A stretch of DNA of 61,015 nt, filler included, from Hausera hauseri (taxonomy: Eukaryota): assembly GCA_046269625.1 (NCBI GenBank). It is 10 parts of 10 records of this genome, joined end to end, with 100 filler letters (N's around TTAATTAATTAA, not from the genome) between each part and the next. Parts side by side here need not be neighbours in the genome. Positions count along the whole stretch, not along the records: positions 23,762 to 29,540 come from JBJURY010190860.1; positions 29,641 to 36,271 come from JBJURY010080325.1; positions 36,372 to 40,852 come from JBJURY010560007.1; 7 more parts are not named here. One strand, 5' to 3'. Shown here in pieces: positions 25,071 to 37,390 of the stretch. A program made the translations under genes and the position numbers. The notes under the pieces were generated by a model. It worked only from the letters and a program-made list of their open reading frames with translations. It made no database searches and was not told the DNA's origin. Numbering within the stretch: the first letter of the stretch is position 1; each line of letters starts with the position of its first letter.

Positions 25071-25881
25071 TGTAATGAATCACGTCTTTGTTTTGTTTTT
25101 AGTCCTAGTCACGTCATGTTCTCTCTCTGTCAATTTTTCCCTGCTCATTGTTTTGCCCCTCCCGTCACAGTTTAATCAACATCATGCAACTCACCTGGTA
25201 CTCCTAGTATTTAAGCTCCATGCCCACAGTCATCCAGCGCCAGATTAACGAACGGTTCTCCCAGTAGTTGTCCAGCATTCCTCCATGTCTTGTTTTGTCT
25301 GCCTCGTCACGACCCTCCTTCTGATCTCTGGTTTTACGTCTCCTGCCTTGCTCCTTGTCGGTACTGTATCGGACTCTGCCCTCCTGGTTCTGACCCACGC
25401 TCTTCCTCCTGGACCTCCGCTTCCTGCCTCGCCCCCTGCCGGTACCGTTTTGGACTCTGCCTCCTGGATCTCGACCTCTGCCTGCGTACCCCGACTACGA
25501 GATAAGTCTGCTCCCTCTAACTTGGTTCTGATCTCTGCCTGTATGTGTATGACCCACGCCTGCCTCCCGGAAATCCCTCAAGCGCGCTCTGCGCTCCGTA
25601 ACTCGAAACACGGAAGTACCCACAACAAGACCCGACCCGGACTCTCGAGGTCTTTCCGTGTCTCGTCCCAGATTCCACGGACACTCAGAAGGTTAGTGGC
25701 TAAGTTCCGTTTGAGATCTGCATCCTCGTACCAACTCGCCACTAAACTGTTTCTTTCCTGCATAGAGCTCGGGATCCCCGTGACGTCATCATCCAGAACC
25801 AGCTGCACATTCGTAAATAAAATTGTTAAACCTTTCTCTGTGTCTGGCACTTCAGTGAAACTCATCAACTCAATCATTACA
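25071..25881 (+). repeat. 3' LTR of the chromovirus
   Basis: PPT gagagggg immediately upstream; termini TGTAATGA...TCATTACA form a perfect 8-bp inverted repeat; AATAAA at ~25816. Confidence 0.88.
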
Positions 25882-26803
25882 GAAACACATGGATTTTATT
25901 TTGAAATCAGAAGTTTCAAAAAGAATATAGTGATAGAGTTTCAACCATAGAGATCAAAAGCTATTATTTCAATGTTTTCAGCTGTGTTTGGAGTTCGTCT
26001 TCACAGAATAATTTTTTTGCCTGACTTCCACATGAATCCACTGGATTCATTCACGCAATCACTTTCCTTCACGGTCTCCTTCCTCTGTGTCGCACCACAG
26101 CGGAGAGGAGGCTGTATAAATTGGATTGCAAACTAACTGCTGGAAACTGCGCAGCGGAGTGAAGACGCATGTAGTGTCAATGTGGAGTCATGGATAGACT
26201 GCACAGAAACTTTAAAAAAAACTTTTCTATGATAAAGATTTAACCTTTCATGTGTCTTCCTGTTGATACTCCTGAAGGTGGGACCTCTTAGGTCAGACAT
26301 TATATGTAACAAACTTTGTTTTGAAGACAGAATCTATCGATAAGACACTCCAGCTCTCGTTCTGTTTTAAACCATATGGCTACAATGATCAGAAAGCATG
26401 AAAAACTTATCTAGTCAGTTACAAAATTTCCTTCAGTAGTAGGTTGAGACAGTTGTGGATACAAGAACAGTCAACACTATAAAAAAGCTCTAAAATGTTT
26501 GCAATGTGTTGCAGTTTTTAGACAAATCTGCTCAATGCAGGTTTATCAATCTGTATTAGTAAACAGTTTGTGTAAGCATAACTATGAATTTATTTGTTTT
26601 TTTAAAACAGTTTAACACTTCTCATCAAAGTTGTGTGTGCCACCAAAAGCATAATGTATAATTTGACAGCAGCATTGCAAAATAGCCACAGGTCGCTGTA
26701 ACTAAAGCTACAAGTTATTAACTCGTTCATGAAACATTTTGGCCCAACTGTTAGTGCTTCATTAAAAACTGAATTTGCTCATTACTACTTGTGTGTTCCA
26801 CAG

Positions 26804-27021
26804 CATCCCCAGATGTGCTGCGTGACCTGATGAAGTTTTGGGTTGGGTGGGAACAGCCAACAAAGAATCTCAAGGCTGAGGTTGTAACATCAAGTTACCC
26901 AGTGGCCCTCACCTGCTTCTTCAAGTTGAAGCTCCCCAGCCACTACCAGACCTACAACAGTTTTCACCAGGACTTCATGATGGCACTAAGTTCCATAAGT
27001 TCTGGCTTTGGACTTGTATAG
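26804..27021 (+). CDS. Terminal exon of HECT-domain (G2E3-like) protein
   Basis: Acceptor ttccacAG; LMKFWVG..PVALTCFFKLKLP..Y..F..GFGLV-stop fits the HECT C-lobe with catalytic Cys. Confidence 0.75.
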
Positions 27022-28081
27022 GGCAAAATGTAAACTTCCTGCACCCAGTTTTGTTTTTGAAGGGTTTCATTTGAGTCTGTGGCATCACAATTATCTGTGA
27101 AGATCAAGATGTTTTCCCATAAGTTGCCTATATGGCAAGTTGTTCTGTCGTTTTATGAATGTTAATATAGCTGCTGGTGTCAGCTTTAACACTATAGTTC
27201 ACTTGGATTGTATATACATCTTTTAGCTGTTGTACTCAGTAATTTTAGTAATGGGTGGTGTTGAACAGTCTACACAATACATCCAGATGTTTATACAGCA
27301 GATTTTGTAATGCTTTTAAATTGGCCAATTTTCAAATTTGATTTTCAAAGCACCATCTTGTCCAGCACTGTTGCACCTTTACTGTTGTAAACTGTCCTGC
27401 TATATTTCATATTTTGAAAATATTTAAGAAATGTACAACTTGTTACATTTTATGAATAAAGTGCTTACATTGTTGAAAGTTTTTGTTTAATGGAACATGA
27501 TTGACCTTGTAGCCATTTAAATTGTGTAGAATAGCAGGGATAATCTTTAAATAATTAGTTTTTCACTAACAATGGCCTTTATGCATAAAAAGCTCAAGTA
27601 CAATTTTTTAAACTCGTGGCTGCTGAAAATGTTCCAATTCCAAAAAGACCTCAATGTCCAATGTATTAATTGTCTTACCTTTTGACATGTTATACAAAAA
27701 ATTTTTTCAAATTTGTTAAAGTATGAAATTTGACTTCCAATAATTGAGTTTTCTAATTACCAAGCTGCATCTGTTAAGACCTGGACATCCTATGCTGTAT
27801 GGAGGAAAAAAAAAACAAAGCAATGCAGTGATTTGACTGGAAGATAAGACATTCAGGTGACCCACCTTTCAAAAGTAGACATGGTAACTAGAGGACAGTA
27901 AGGATCTATTTTCTCTATTAAAATATGCCAAGGCAAATTTTGAATTTATAATTACAAAGTATGCATTTTTAGTGTTCATAATTGTATTGCAGAATGAGCG
28001 CATAACATAAGGCACATTCAATAACATTTAAGATGTCCCACAACTTTTATTCAATGTCAGAGAAAAGGCAAATGTTCTCAT

Positions 28082-28710
28082 TTATCTTTGTTCAAGAAGG
28101 TTCTCAACATATTGGACAGTGTTCAGATAAATGTCTGCTCCAAAACAGTCAGATTGCTGCAATGGATCAATGTAGTCTCGCAGTGCCGCCATTGCCAGCT
28201 CTGAAAGAGGACTGTCAAGTTCAGGGATATTGACCCCTGAATGATGCCCATTTGTGTAACCACTGTCCTCCCATGGAATTTCTGAGATGGGTAGTACCTG
28301 AGGGAATACAGAAAAAAGTAGTGTAAAGTGTAAACAAATATTAAAGGTTTAGTGTTAGTGTTCAAAAACAAAGCCTTACTTTTTTGCATTTGAATTTTAA
28401 TTGATTTAGAATGGACATTACTAATGCATTATTTACCTCAGGATTAGGATCTCCAACAGGGTTAAGGTCCTGGCCAACCTGCCACAACTGATTTGGTGTC
28501 AGGTTCTGCTCGGTCCTGATGGGATGGTTGTCCCATGCATCCCTGAAGACATCTAGGCTGGCCTGAATGCGGGGTAGGAAAGTGTAGTGGCAGCAGAATA
28601 AGTGCAGGGCACTACTGATGTCTAGGAAGTGTCCATCCTCAAGGGAATGCAGGATATTGTAGTACACTCCTGTAACACTCATGAACACGTCTCGCCAGAG
28701 GCGCTCAATC
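28082..28710 (-). CDS. Last two exons of integrase-core (rve-like) DDE transposase
   Basis: Exon 28710-28437 reads IERLWRDVF..HYTFLPRIQ..WDNHPIRTE..TPNQLW; GT-AG intron; exon 28297-28082 ends IDPLQQSDCFGADIY..stop. Confidence 0.75.
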
Positions 28711-29640
28711 CTGTAAAAAAAGAAAAAGGGGGAATTAATTTTTTAAAATTTTACTTTAAGATCTGTCCAATGTCCATCAATTATTTTAACACACTCCTTC
28801 ATAAAAAGGTCATGGGGGTCACTGTTGCCCCTATTCGGCTGTCACTATGTGATAGGTATGTATAAGTTGCAAGTCCATCACAAGGACAAAGAGACCAAAC
28901 ACACACTTTGTCCCTCACACGTAGGGACATTTGAGAATTACTAATTAGCCTAACATTCATGTTTTGGAGTTACTGTGTGAACTGTGTATATGTACTGTAT
29001 CTTTTTAGATCATTTGAATATAATAACTTTGTCCCAGTCATACATGGCACCCACGATTATTTAACTATTTAAAAGCCACCCCCTCAACATTTGTTTTTAA
29101 ATTTTATAACTTGTTTTGATTTATGTTGTGTGGCACTGACTCAGAGGAAATTCAGGTGCAATACCAATTATCGCCAGGAGATGGCAGTAGTGGCGCATGA
29201 GAGAAACAGAAGAGCAAGCTAAATGGCTGTCAGTTGAAAATTCCTTAACAGTACAATCAGTATCACAGCACAAAACAAAGCCACTGTTAAGTCAGTCAGA
29301 TTTCTCTTTTCACAGAATAAAATACATTACACTCATAGTCATTGCGTCTGCTCTCACGTGTGTAACACAGAATAAGTTGCCAATGTTTTCTACTAAGCAT
29401 TGTTTACATTCTAATATAACCAACTCATGGAGTGAGTATTGAAAAAAAGTTTTTAGCCATTATTCTAATGTTTTCCATCGTGGCGAGTAACATTTGGTGA
29501 AGATATTATTGCATGAACTTATAGTAGTAAAAGCCAACTTNNNNNNNNNNNNNNNNNNNNNNNNNNNNNNNNNNNNNNNNNNNNTTAATTAATTAANNNN
29601 NNNNNNNNNNNNNNNNNNNNNNNNNNNNNNNNNNNNNNNN

Positions 29641-31390
29641 GAACAAAAAGCTTTCGACGAGATGAAGAAAATATTAAGATACCCAGACTTTAACTTGCCC
29701 TTCATAATCAAGACGGACACCAGTAAAGAAGGTATTGGATATGAATTAGCACAGAAAAGAGAAGATGAAGAATTAGAGCACCCGATTGCTTATGGAGGAC
29801 GTTCCTTAAAAGAGGCCGAGAAAACCTATTCTGTTACTGAATTAGAAACTCTAGCTGTAAAAGAAGCACTTCAACACTTCATCGTTTATGTGTACGGGCA
29901 AAAGATTATAATTGTCACTAATCACAAAGCTGTTACGACCTTAAAGGGACGAGCAAATAATCCGACATGCAGACTTAACAGATGGACAGAAGAAATCTCC
30001 AGATATAATATTGAATTCCAGTATAAACCAGGGAATAAACAAGTAGACGCTGACGCATTATGAAGATTAAAGATCAAAACCAGTACAATTGCTGTAATGA
30101 AGAAAAGCAAACTCGAAGAGATAATAGATCCTCAACGCGCCTTGACAATGGATAAAGCAATTAAAATTTTGACAGAACAGAGAAGGGATAAAGTCATCCA
30201 ACAGATTATGGAATTTGTTAAAAAGGAAGTCATACCGAAGGGACGACAGTTACAGAAACATTTACACAAACACGGACATAAATATTGCGTCTTAAACGAC
30301 AAGAGCAACGAAGATATTTTATATTACTAGCGAAAAGGAAGAAAACTGATAGCTATTGCCAAAGATTTACGAACCGAAGTGTTAATGTCAGAGCACGACT
30401 TGTACTTAGCCGAACACATGTATTGGAAGAAGACATTAGAAAGGATAATGAATAAATACTTTTGGCCTAGTATCTATATTGATGTGAAGAATTGGGTGAA
30501 TGCTTGTGAAGTATGTGCGACTAAGCAGAAGAAGACGAAAAATTACATGGCCAAATTAAGACCAATTTATGTACCCGACAGGCCCATGCAAACCATGTCG
30601 ATGATATCGTAAGACCTCTTCCTACAACTCACAAGAGCAATAAGTATATTTTGACGTGTATTGACCGATTAACTCATTTTGTTGAGTTAATAGCATTAAT
30701 CGATGAAAAGGCCAAAACCTTAGCAGAAGCCGTAGTAAGAAAAATTATTTGCCGATACGGCCCCCCCAGACCAGATACTCAAGGATCGAGGAAGAAATTT
30801 TACAAGTGAATTATTCAAGAAAATCACTAAAATATTTTAAATCGAACGATTAGCGACTACTGGAATGGTGGAACGAATGAACGCAACTGTTATACGTATA
30901 TTATCGACAGTAGTAGCAAAAGACCGTAAAGATTGGGACGAATTTTTGGAAGGGATTCAGTTTGCTATTAATACCACACCATATCCAGCAACAGGATTCA
31001 CTCCATTTTTCATGATGTATGGACGCGCAGCTGTGTTGCCCACGGACTTAGAAATGACGCCATACACAATCAATCCCAAAGATTTAGAACAAAATTTCGC
31101 AGAAGTATTACAAACGCGATTGCAAAAGTGTTGGGAAATAGCCAAAAAATTATCCCAAGAATGTCAGGAGCAGTTTAAAAAGCAATATGATAAGAAGCCA
31201 AAACCGCATTATATAGAACAAGGAAATTGGGTTTATGTACATTACCAGGTAGCCAAGAAAGGCACCTTATTAAAATTAACTCGCACAGGCAGAGGACCGT
31301 ACGAATTACCAAGGTTACGCCAACCATAGTATTTATTAACAAAAATGGAAAGGAAGAAATCGAATCAGTACAGAGTTGTTAAGACAGAAA
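29641..31390 (+). pseudogene. RNase H and integrase
   Basis: KTDTSKEGIG, ELETLAV, TNHKA, KPGNKQVDADAL; H..AEH..CEVC; GMVERMN; TGFTPFFMMYGR; RGPY. Confidence 0.92.
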
Positions 31391-31449
31391 TACGGCCAAA
31401 TAAAAATTATAATCTACGTCAGCGTGAGATAAAAACTTCTTCAATAATT

Positions 31450-32712
31450 GCTAGACCGATATTATACGTTCAAATAGTTTTAGCATTATCGTTAATTGCT
31501 TTATATATTCCGAAAGCTAACTCCGAGCTGTCCAAAGAAGACGCAGGAAAACAAAAAGATACACAAAGTTTAAAATCAATGAGGGCCTACGGTGCATATT
31601 GGGAAAATCCGTGCGTTTGGTTTAAGGCAGATGACCCTGTTAAAAGCCGTGTAAAATTCCAAGTATTATTCATAGACCTAGGCAATGCTGCCCTAAGGTC
31701 GTGCAATTTTCCATATTGAGCAAAAAGGAAGTGTTGTATGTTAAATTTTGATTGAACATATACATACAAACTGCAAATGACCTACTATAATATACGTGGT
31801 ATTCAAGTTCATATACTTATGGAGCTCAATATAATCACGCCGAAACAGAATGAAACAAGTCAGGCTAAAACAGAGGAAATAATTCGAAGTACCGATCCGA
31901 ATATACAAATATTGGACAAGAACATTAACGGAATCTTCATAAATAAGGAAAAACAATGCATTCAAATAGATGCTCGTACAGGAGTAACTCTTAACCAGGA
32001 AATTAGTATTGTTTTCGAAGCAGTAAACGGAAAAACCCCGAGAATAAATTACTGTTCTATTCATGCCGGTGTACAACGCCCATGTTGTAGGTTACCAGTG
32101 AACCAAGAGTTGAAATTAAAATTCGACTTATGTGAAGTAAGGCCAAATAAAACAAACAAACATTTTCGGACTTACTATCCAAAGAATAGGATATGGAAGG
32201 TTCCGGTAAAAACAAACACTAAAATGCCGACTACTCGAGTTAGTGTCATTACCAGACCCGCTACGTCGGGCAATGAGCCTAAAAGAGAATTAGGAGGTAT
32301 ATCTGTGAAATATTCGGCGCAACAATCTAAGATTGTGTTCTTTGTGGAGGAAAAACAACATTACGACATACATATAAGTTGTCGAACAACCTATAATAAT
32401 CAAATTGTAACATTACTTAAAAACACTTATCAGACCGAATGTAGTTTGCTAAAACCGCAATCTGATTACATAGTACAAATATTTGCAGAAAATAAACAAA
32501 ACCAAACAATTACATTGCGTACCTTAGACGAAATTCCCGCAGAACCGCATATGTATGAAAATATAGATGATGAAATCACAACTCCAGTCACAACACAAAC
32601 ACCAATAGGATTAGCTACACTGCCGATCGTATTTATCTCTGCACTGTCAACGTTTTTTTCTTATTATATTAATTGCGATTTCTCGATTAGTTACCAAAAA
32701 CTGTTATTCTAA
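31450..32712 (+). pseudogene. Type I membrane protein with signal peptide, Cys repeats, fibronectin type III-like domain and TM
   Basis: ILYVQIVLALSLIALYIPKANS signal; LKPQSDYIVQIFAEN (FN3 L-x-P-x2-Y-x-V-x3-A-x-N motif, ~32440-32495); Thr-rich stalk; IGLATLPIVFISALSTFFSYYI TM. Confidence 0.7.
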
Positions 32713-32884
32713 GCGCCATAAAAATTCAGAACGGGAATTAAGGGAATTGGAAAACCCTGTAGATCCGTATGATAAAATAACCTGACAATTACAGATCAGG
32801 TTATTTTGTCATTAAACAAAGGAATGGTTTTGGTTTAAAACCATCCTTTGTTTTAAGATTAACCTTTATATTCTCATTTTCAGA

Positions 32885-33964
32885 TTGGTAAGTAGTCAGA
32901 ACCAGATGAACCCGAACCGACTTAGAATCGACACCGAGGAAACTACGAGTCGACTTAGTATCCACAAATTCTTGCAGCGATATGTGACCGTACGGATTCC
33001 GAATTCAAAGGCCATCTATCGGCAAATCAATACAGAATTGCAAGGAAAGAACTACGTTCAATGCGGGAAAGTTGGTGAGATACCAAACGGTCTGAAAGGA
33101 ACGACCGAGGAAGCCATAGCTATATATTTATATGCCGGGAGAGAGAATAAGGACGCCAGAGCATATCCTTTGCAACGGATCACCCAGTACCAGACAAACA
33201 AGGAACAGAAGATATATGTATATTTGGCCGACGGAGAAATCTATTATCGGCTGAAAGACCAAAAATGGGACTCTTTCCAAGGAAGGCAAAGCCGGTTTAG
33301 CATGTTTGAATTTGACACTAGAAATTTCCATAACTACAATCTGGAATTTCGTGTAGCCGCCTTACCTGTGAAAATGATGGTTGAAATAACTGAAGAGGAG
33401 ACAATATCCATCTCATTACCGCCCTTAGAGTTTAGGCAAAGGCCTACCTAAGACGAACAAGACACACATCTACATTCGTTCAGATTGGTAACCAATGGCA
33501 GGAGTATCAGGATTGCCGCAATAAACTATGGAGAAGGAGAAGAAGGAAATTATATCCCGATCGAAATATCCATCCGAGAAGAAAACGGGGCCAAAGTTTA
33601 TTCGAAAATCATTAACCCGAAAAGGAAAGTACTAGAAACTTATGCAGAAGTTACCGGGATTAAAAGAAAACAATTAAATCATGGAAAGGATTCTAAGATA
33701 GTGCAACAGGAAATAGCACAGTGCCTCTACGGATACGTTTTAGTGGGGTATCAAATAGAGAGGATGATAAAAAAATTAGCCATACCGGTAACACACATAG
33801 CCGGAGTGAGAGAGATAAAAACCCACCCGACTGTTACGAGACAAATGGAGATCAAGGTCAAAGAGAAGAACTTATCTACCACCAACCATGGAGAGCCGAT
33901 TCAAGCTTATGGTAGAAGCCATGGCTTGAGGAAATATAAAAATAAGCAGATTGTTGACCGGTAA
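32885..33964 (+). pseudogene. Accessory ORF with REX4/ISG20-like DEDDh exonuclease fold, catalytic acids lost
   Basis: Acceptor ttctcattttcAG at 32882-32883; one in-frame TAA at 33449. ISI.EENG.KVY..IINP...V......VTGI....L..G.....VQQEI...L.GYVLVG matches the REX4 pattern; AAINYG replaces A-x-DCE. Confidence 0.6.
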
Positions 33965-34182
33965 TCAAAGATCCCAATATCTAAGGGACATAAATGCTGG
34001 ATTAAACTGGAAACACGAATGGATTCCCAGTAACTCGGACAGAAACTTCGGAGTTTTCCCAAGCTGGAAGGAATCAGTACACGATACAGAAGCGCTACCG
34101 TCCTTACTCACAACCAAGAAGCGTCGAGACAACACCGAAGTGGAATTACTAAATAACTATACAAGGATTAAAAACGGAGAAA

Positions 34183-34521
34183 ATGGAAGATAAAGTACGT
34201 ACAGATGGAAAACGCAGTACAAGTTATGGCGCCACGGCAGATAATAATCTATTTAAGATACCTGAAGTTCCTCGGAAATGCATAGAAGAAAAACATAGAA
34301 TTTCAGAAATCGAAACAGGAAAAACAACGAAAAGGAAAACCGCCTTTTTCGATTACTTATTCAAGAAGAAAAGTAAAGAAGGAGAAAAAGGACTGAAAGA
34401 AGAACCCAGACAAGACAGAAAAGATTCAAAATCAAAACAACCAGCAGAAGAACCCTCAAAACCAGACATGCAGTCCCGAATTGAGAAGTCCACGAGAAAC
34501 CCAAGCAAACAGAAAGAATAA
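34183..34521 (+). CDS. Lys/Glu-rich ORF, possibly frameshifted tail of the preceding ORF
   Basis: Low-complexity and basic; AATAAA overlaps the stop. Confidence 0.35.
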   Translation: MEDKVRTDGKRSTSYGATADNNLFKIPEVPRKCIEEKHRISEIETGKTTKRKTAFFDYLFKKKSKEGEKGLKEEPRQDRKDSKSKQPAEEPSKPDMQSRIEKSTRNPSKQKE

Positions 34522-35008
34522 ATAACAGAAATAAACGTCCTACGGTAGAAGACATCCACGGAATATGTTCACTACACCACTACGGCAGATTATCCCAGGA
34601 TGCTAATAGCCACAGAATATTATAGCAAACAAAAAATTACGGAGGCAATATTTTTTGTAAAATTAATGCCTGCCAGACAAGTTTTTTGAGAACACGTATG
34701 TCTGGGAAAATCCTAAGATCGGAAAATACGTTGCTCCGATATTTCAGTCCAGACGAAAAGGTAAAATCTTAGTCCCTGTAGATAAGTCAATAAAACTGTT
34801 ATTAAAGAAGCAATATCAAAAATACCGATCGACTGATAAAGTTCCCGATTAAGATCGAGACACTATCAGCGATAGGACTCTAATACCTGTGGGATGCGAT
34901 CCCAAAAAGAGTTCCATAAATCCGAAATAAAAGAGAACCTCTGCTTATTTATACCAAGACGAAGACGGGTTGGTAATAGAACCCATAGAAATTATGCTAA
35001 GAGTTGAC

Positions 35009-35416
35009 ATGGACGACGAAAATTGGGAGAAAGAGGAAAATCAATGCCCAGTATGCGAGGCAAATTTGAAATAAGGGTACGTAGTGTTAAATAACCTCGA
35101 CTGCCGGCACAAATATTGCAGGGATTGCTTAGAGAAATGGACATTAGATAATGGGAAGACAATATGTCGTGTGTGCAGAGCGGAGGTTGCCGACTTAAAA
35201 TATTACCCAAACAGTAGCTACACTAGTATAGTTAGAATAAAGCCCTACCACAATTATGAACTCGAAACAAATCCCAGAGAAGATCAACCAAGTACCAGCT
35301 CTGGACCCAGTCTAAGGAGACCTATGGAATTGTTACGATGGCCTCGTTCTCACGGCTTCTCTCCTGACGCAATGGGCACATCCGAGGATGCCGTTCAGGG
35401 AGAAGAAATGTTGTAA
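35009..35416 (+). pseudogene. RING finger protein overlapping PPT and LTR start
   Basis: MDDENW..QCPVC (stop at 35072) ..CRHKYCRDC.EKW..CRVCR in one frame. Confidence 0.8.
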
Positions 35417-36096
35417 ATGGAGACAATACCGAACGCCATAACAACGAATATAAATAACATTGAATGTAAATATGTAATATAAATATTTAATCAACATTTC
35501 AGTTTATGATTTATGTTACTGGATGAAATTGTAACAAGACAAGAATGTAGTTATTGAATTATTAATCGACAAAACTAAAATTGAATAAGAAGTATCATAT
35601 AAAAAATTGAATAAAAACAATTGTAAATGATTAATTGATGAAATCCAACACTATATAAAGAAGAAATGTAAAAGAAAATCAGAACGTGTGAGCTGCGAAA
35701 TTTGGATTGAACTTGGAGAAACAATTGATCAAGACTTGATTACTGACTATCATCGTACCGTTGAGTTAGTGATTCTATAGATTGTATTCGTGTATCAGAA
35801 ATTAAAGTATTCGTTAAAGTTCGTTTTATTTTAAAATAATCTATAATTTGCATCGCCCCTTAAGGGTGATTAGACCATATTAAGGCAAAATTGAAACGTA
35901 AATTGTATAGATAAGAGAGACATTCTTAACTATCGGCACAAGACCGCATGCATCACCGGCATAGTAATTTTAAAATTGTTAAGGTACAGTCTGTCTACTC
36001 GATTACGGTAGATTGAACTGCATAAGATTCCGAAATTTCAAGTGAAACTATTGTTATATAGCGGGCGTTGAATAAGGGCCACCGCAATATATAACA
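35409..36096 (+). repeat. LTR of copy B
   Basis: PPT agggagaagaaa directly before TGTTGTA; ends TATAACA; TATATAAA at ~35652; PBS follows. Confidence 0.7.
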
Positions 36097-36098
36097 TT

Positions 36099-36115
36099 TG
36101 GCGACCCTAGCAGGA
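36099..36115 (+). promoter_or_regulatory. Primer-binding site (probably tRNA-Arg)
   Basis: TGGCGACCCTAGCAGGA begins 2 nt after ..AACA; its complement TCCTGCTAGGGTCGCCA resembles a tRNA-Arg acceptor end. Confidence 0.7.
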
Positions 36116-36371
36116 CAGCCTGTACCTCGCTAGGCTTACTATTGAGAGTTAATGAAAGACACACCTGCCAACAGCGCCACTATATCAAATAAATCGTTAT
36201 AGTTAAAATCAAAAATTAAATTTGGTATATAAGAATATTTACGGGGATAAGTAACGCAAAACTTTAATCGANNNNNNNNNNNNNNNNNNNNNNNNNNNNN
36301 NNNNNNNNNNNNNNNTTAATTAATTAANNNNNNNNNNNNNNNNNNNNNNNNNNNNNNNNNNNNNNNNNNNN

Positions 36372-37390
36372 AATTTGTTGCTGCAGGTGATAGAATAACC
36401 ATGCATTTGATACTGAAGTAGATATGAAATTAGTGGACACCTGCAACCATCGGTTGCTATTCCAAAGCTTTATCCGATATTCAGCAATGTTTCTATCTAT
36501 CTGATCTGTGCCACCCGGCCCGCAATTGTACTAATAAATTGCATCAGGCATGTCAACTGATATTTTCTTCTCTGCATCGGAATACCTTTGTGCCTGGTGT
36601 GTTGGTGCAACACCATACTTGTTCGAAGCTATCTGTACAACAGCATTATCTAACCATCGTATCAAGACCACTTTCTTTTTATGTGCACTAGAATAGATAA
36701 CTGTATGTGAACTAGTAGATCCACGAATCATCTTGTTAAAACTACCTTCGAGTGAACAGTTTTCGACTCTGTTCTGCCTTATGGTACCTGTACATCCGTA
36801 GCCAAGTCTGGTTATCTCATGTAGTAATGGAAATCCAGTAAAAAGTTGTGGATGAAAAACTCGAAGTCTCGATTTTAGAAACTGTCACGACGTTTCTCAG
36901 CAAAGGTCATGACAACACTAGCACTTAAACTTGTTTCACCATAGAATAAACCTGTCCCTTTACCTTGATATGGCTCTGTTGATATGAGATAACCACTAGC
37001 AGCATTCATAGACCATATGAAACCTCATCGAATGGGCTTTCCCTGAATTATCTGATTGCAACTGTGGTGACTGCAATATGAAACCATGCTTTCGTCTGCA
37101 TCCACAGCAACAGTATGCATCGTAAACATTTTATTCAAGTGAACAATTAGTGGTTTGAACTTAGCAAACTTGTCCGATGCATGAAGATTTTCATAATCGG
37201 CAAAGTGCAGATACTTTAGTATTTCTCGAAACCTGTTTCTATACATTGCTGCAGATATATCGTTTCTAACATCATCAACTTTACACTAGTACATATCTTC
37301 CTTTATTAGTGAGCTGTAACCTGATATCAGTAGAATTGCGAAGAAGACTTTGAGGTCCTAAAGAGTAGTGGAAAAATGAGAGTTCTGGAA
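36372..37390 (-). pseudogene. piggyBac transposase remnant
   Basis: RNRFREILKYLHFAD, DESMV, GKPIR*G, PYQG, NFFT, GTIRQNR, RWLDN, P.AI..YN..GG.D..D. Confidence 0.88.

Larger units (their letters stand above)
29641..36096 (+). mobile_element. Gypsy-type retroelement copy B (RH-IN-FN3 membrane protein-accessory ORFs-LTR), decayed
   Basis: pol remnants followed by a post-IN protein similar to that of copy A, then exonuclease-like and RING ORFs, PPT and LTR. Confidence 0.8.

Noticed and set aside
25285-25950. 221-aa ORF and overlapping antisense ORFs
   Set aside because: They lie within the chromovirus LTR with internal repeats; non-coding.
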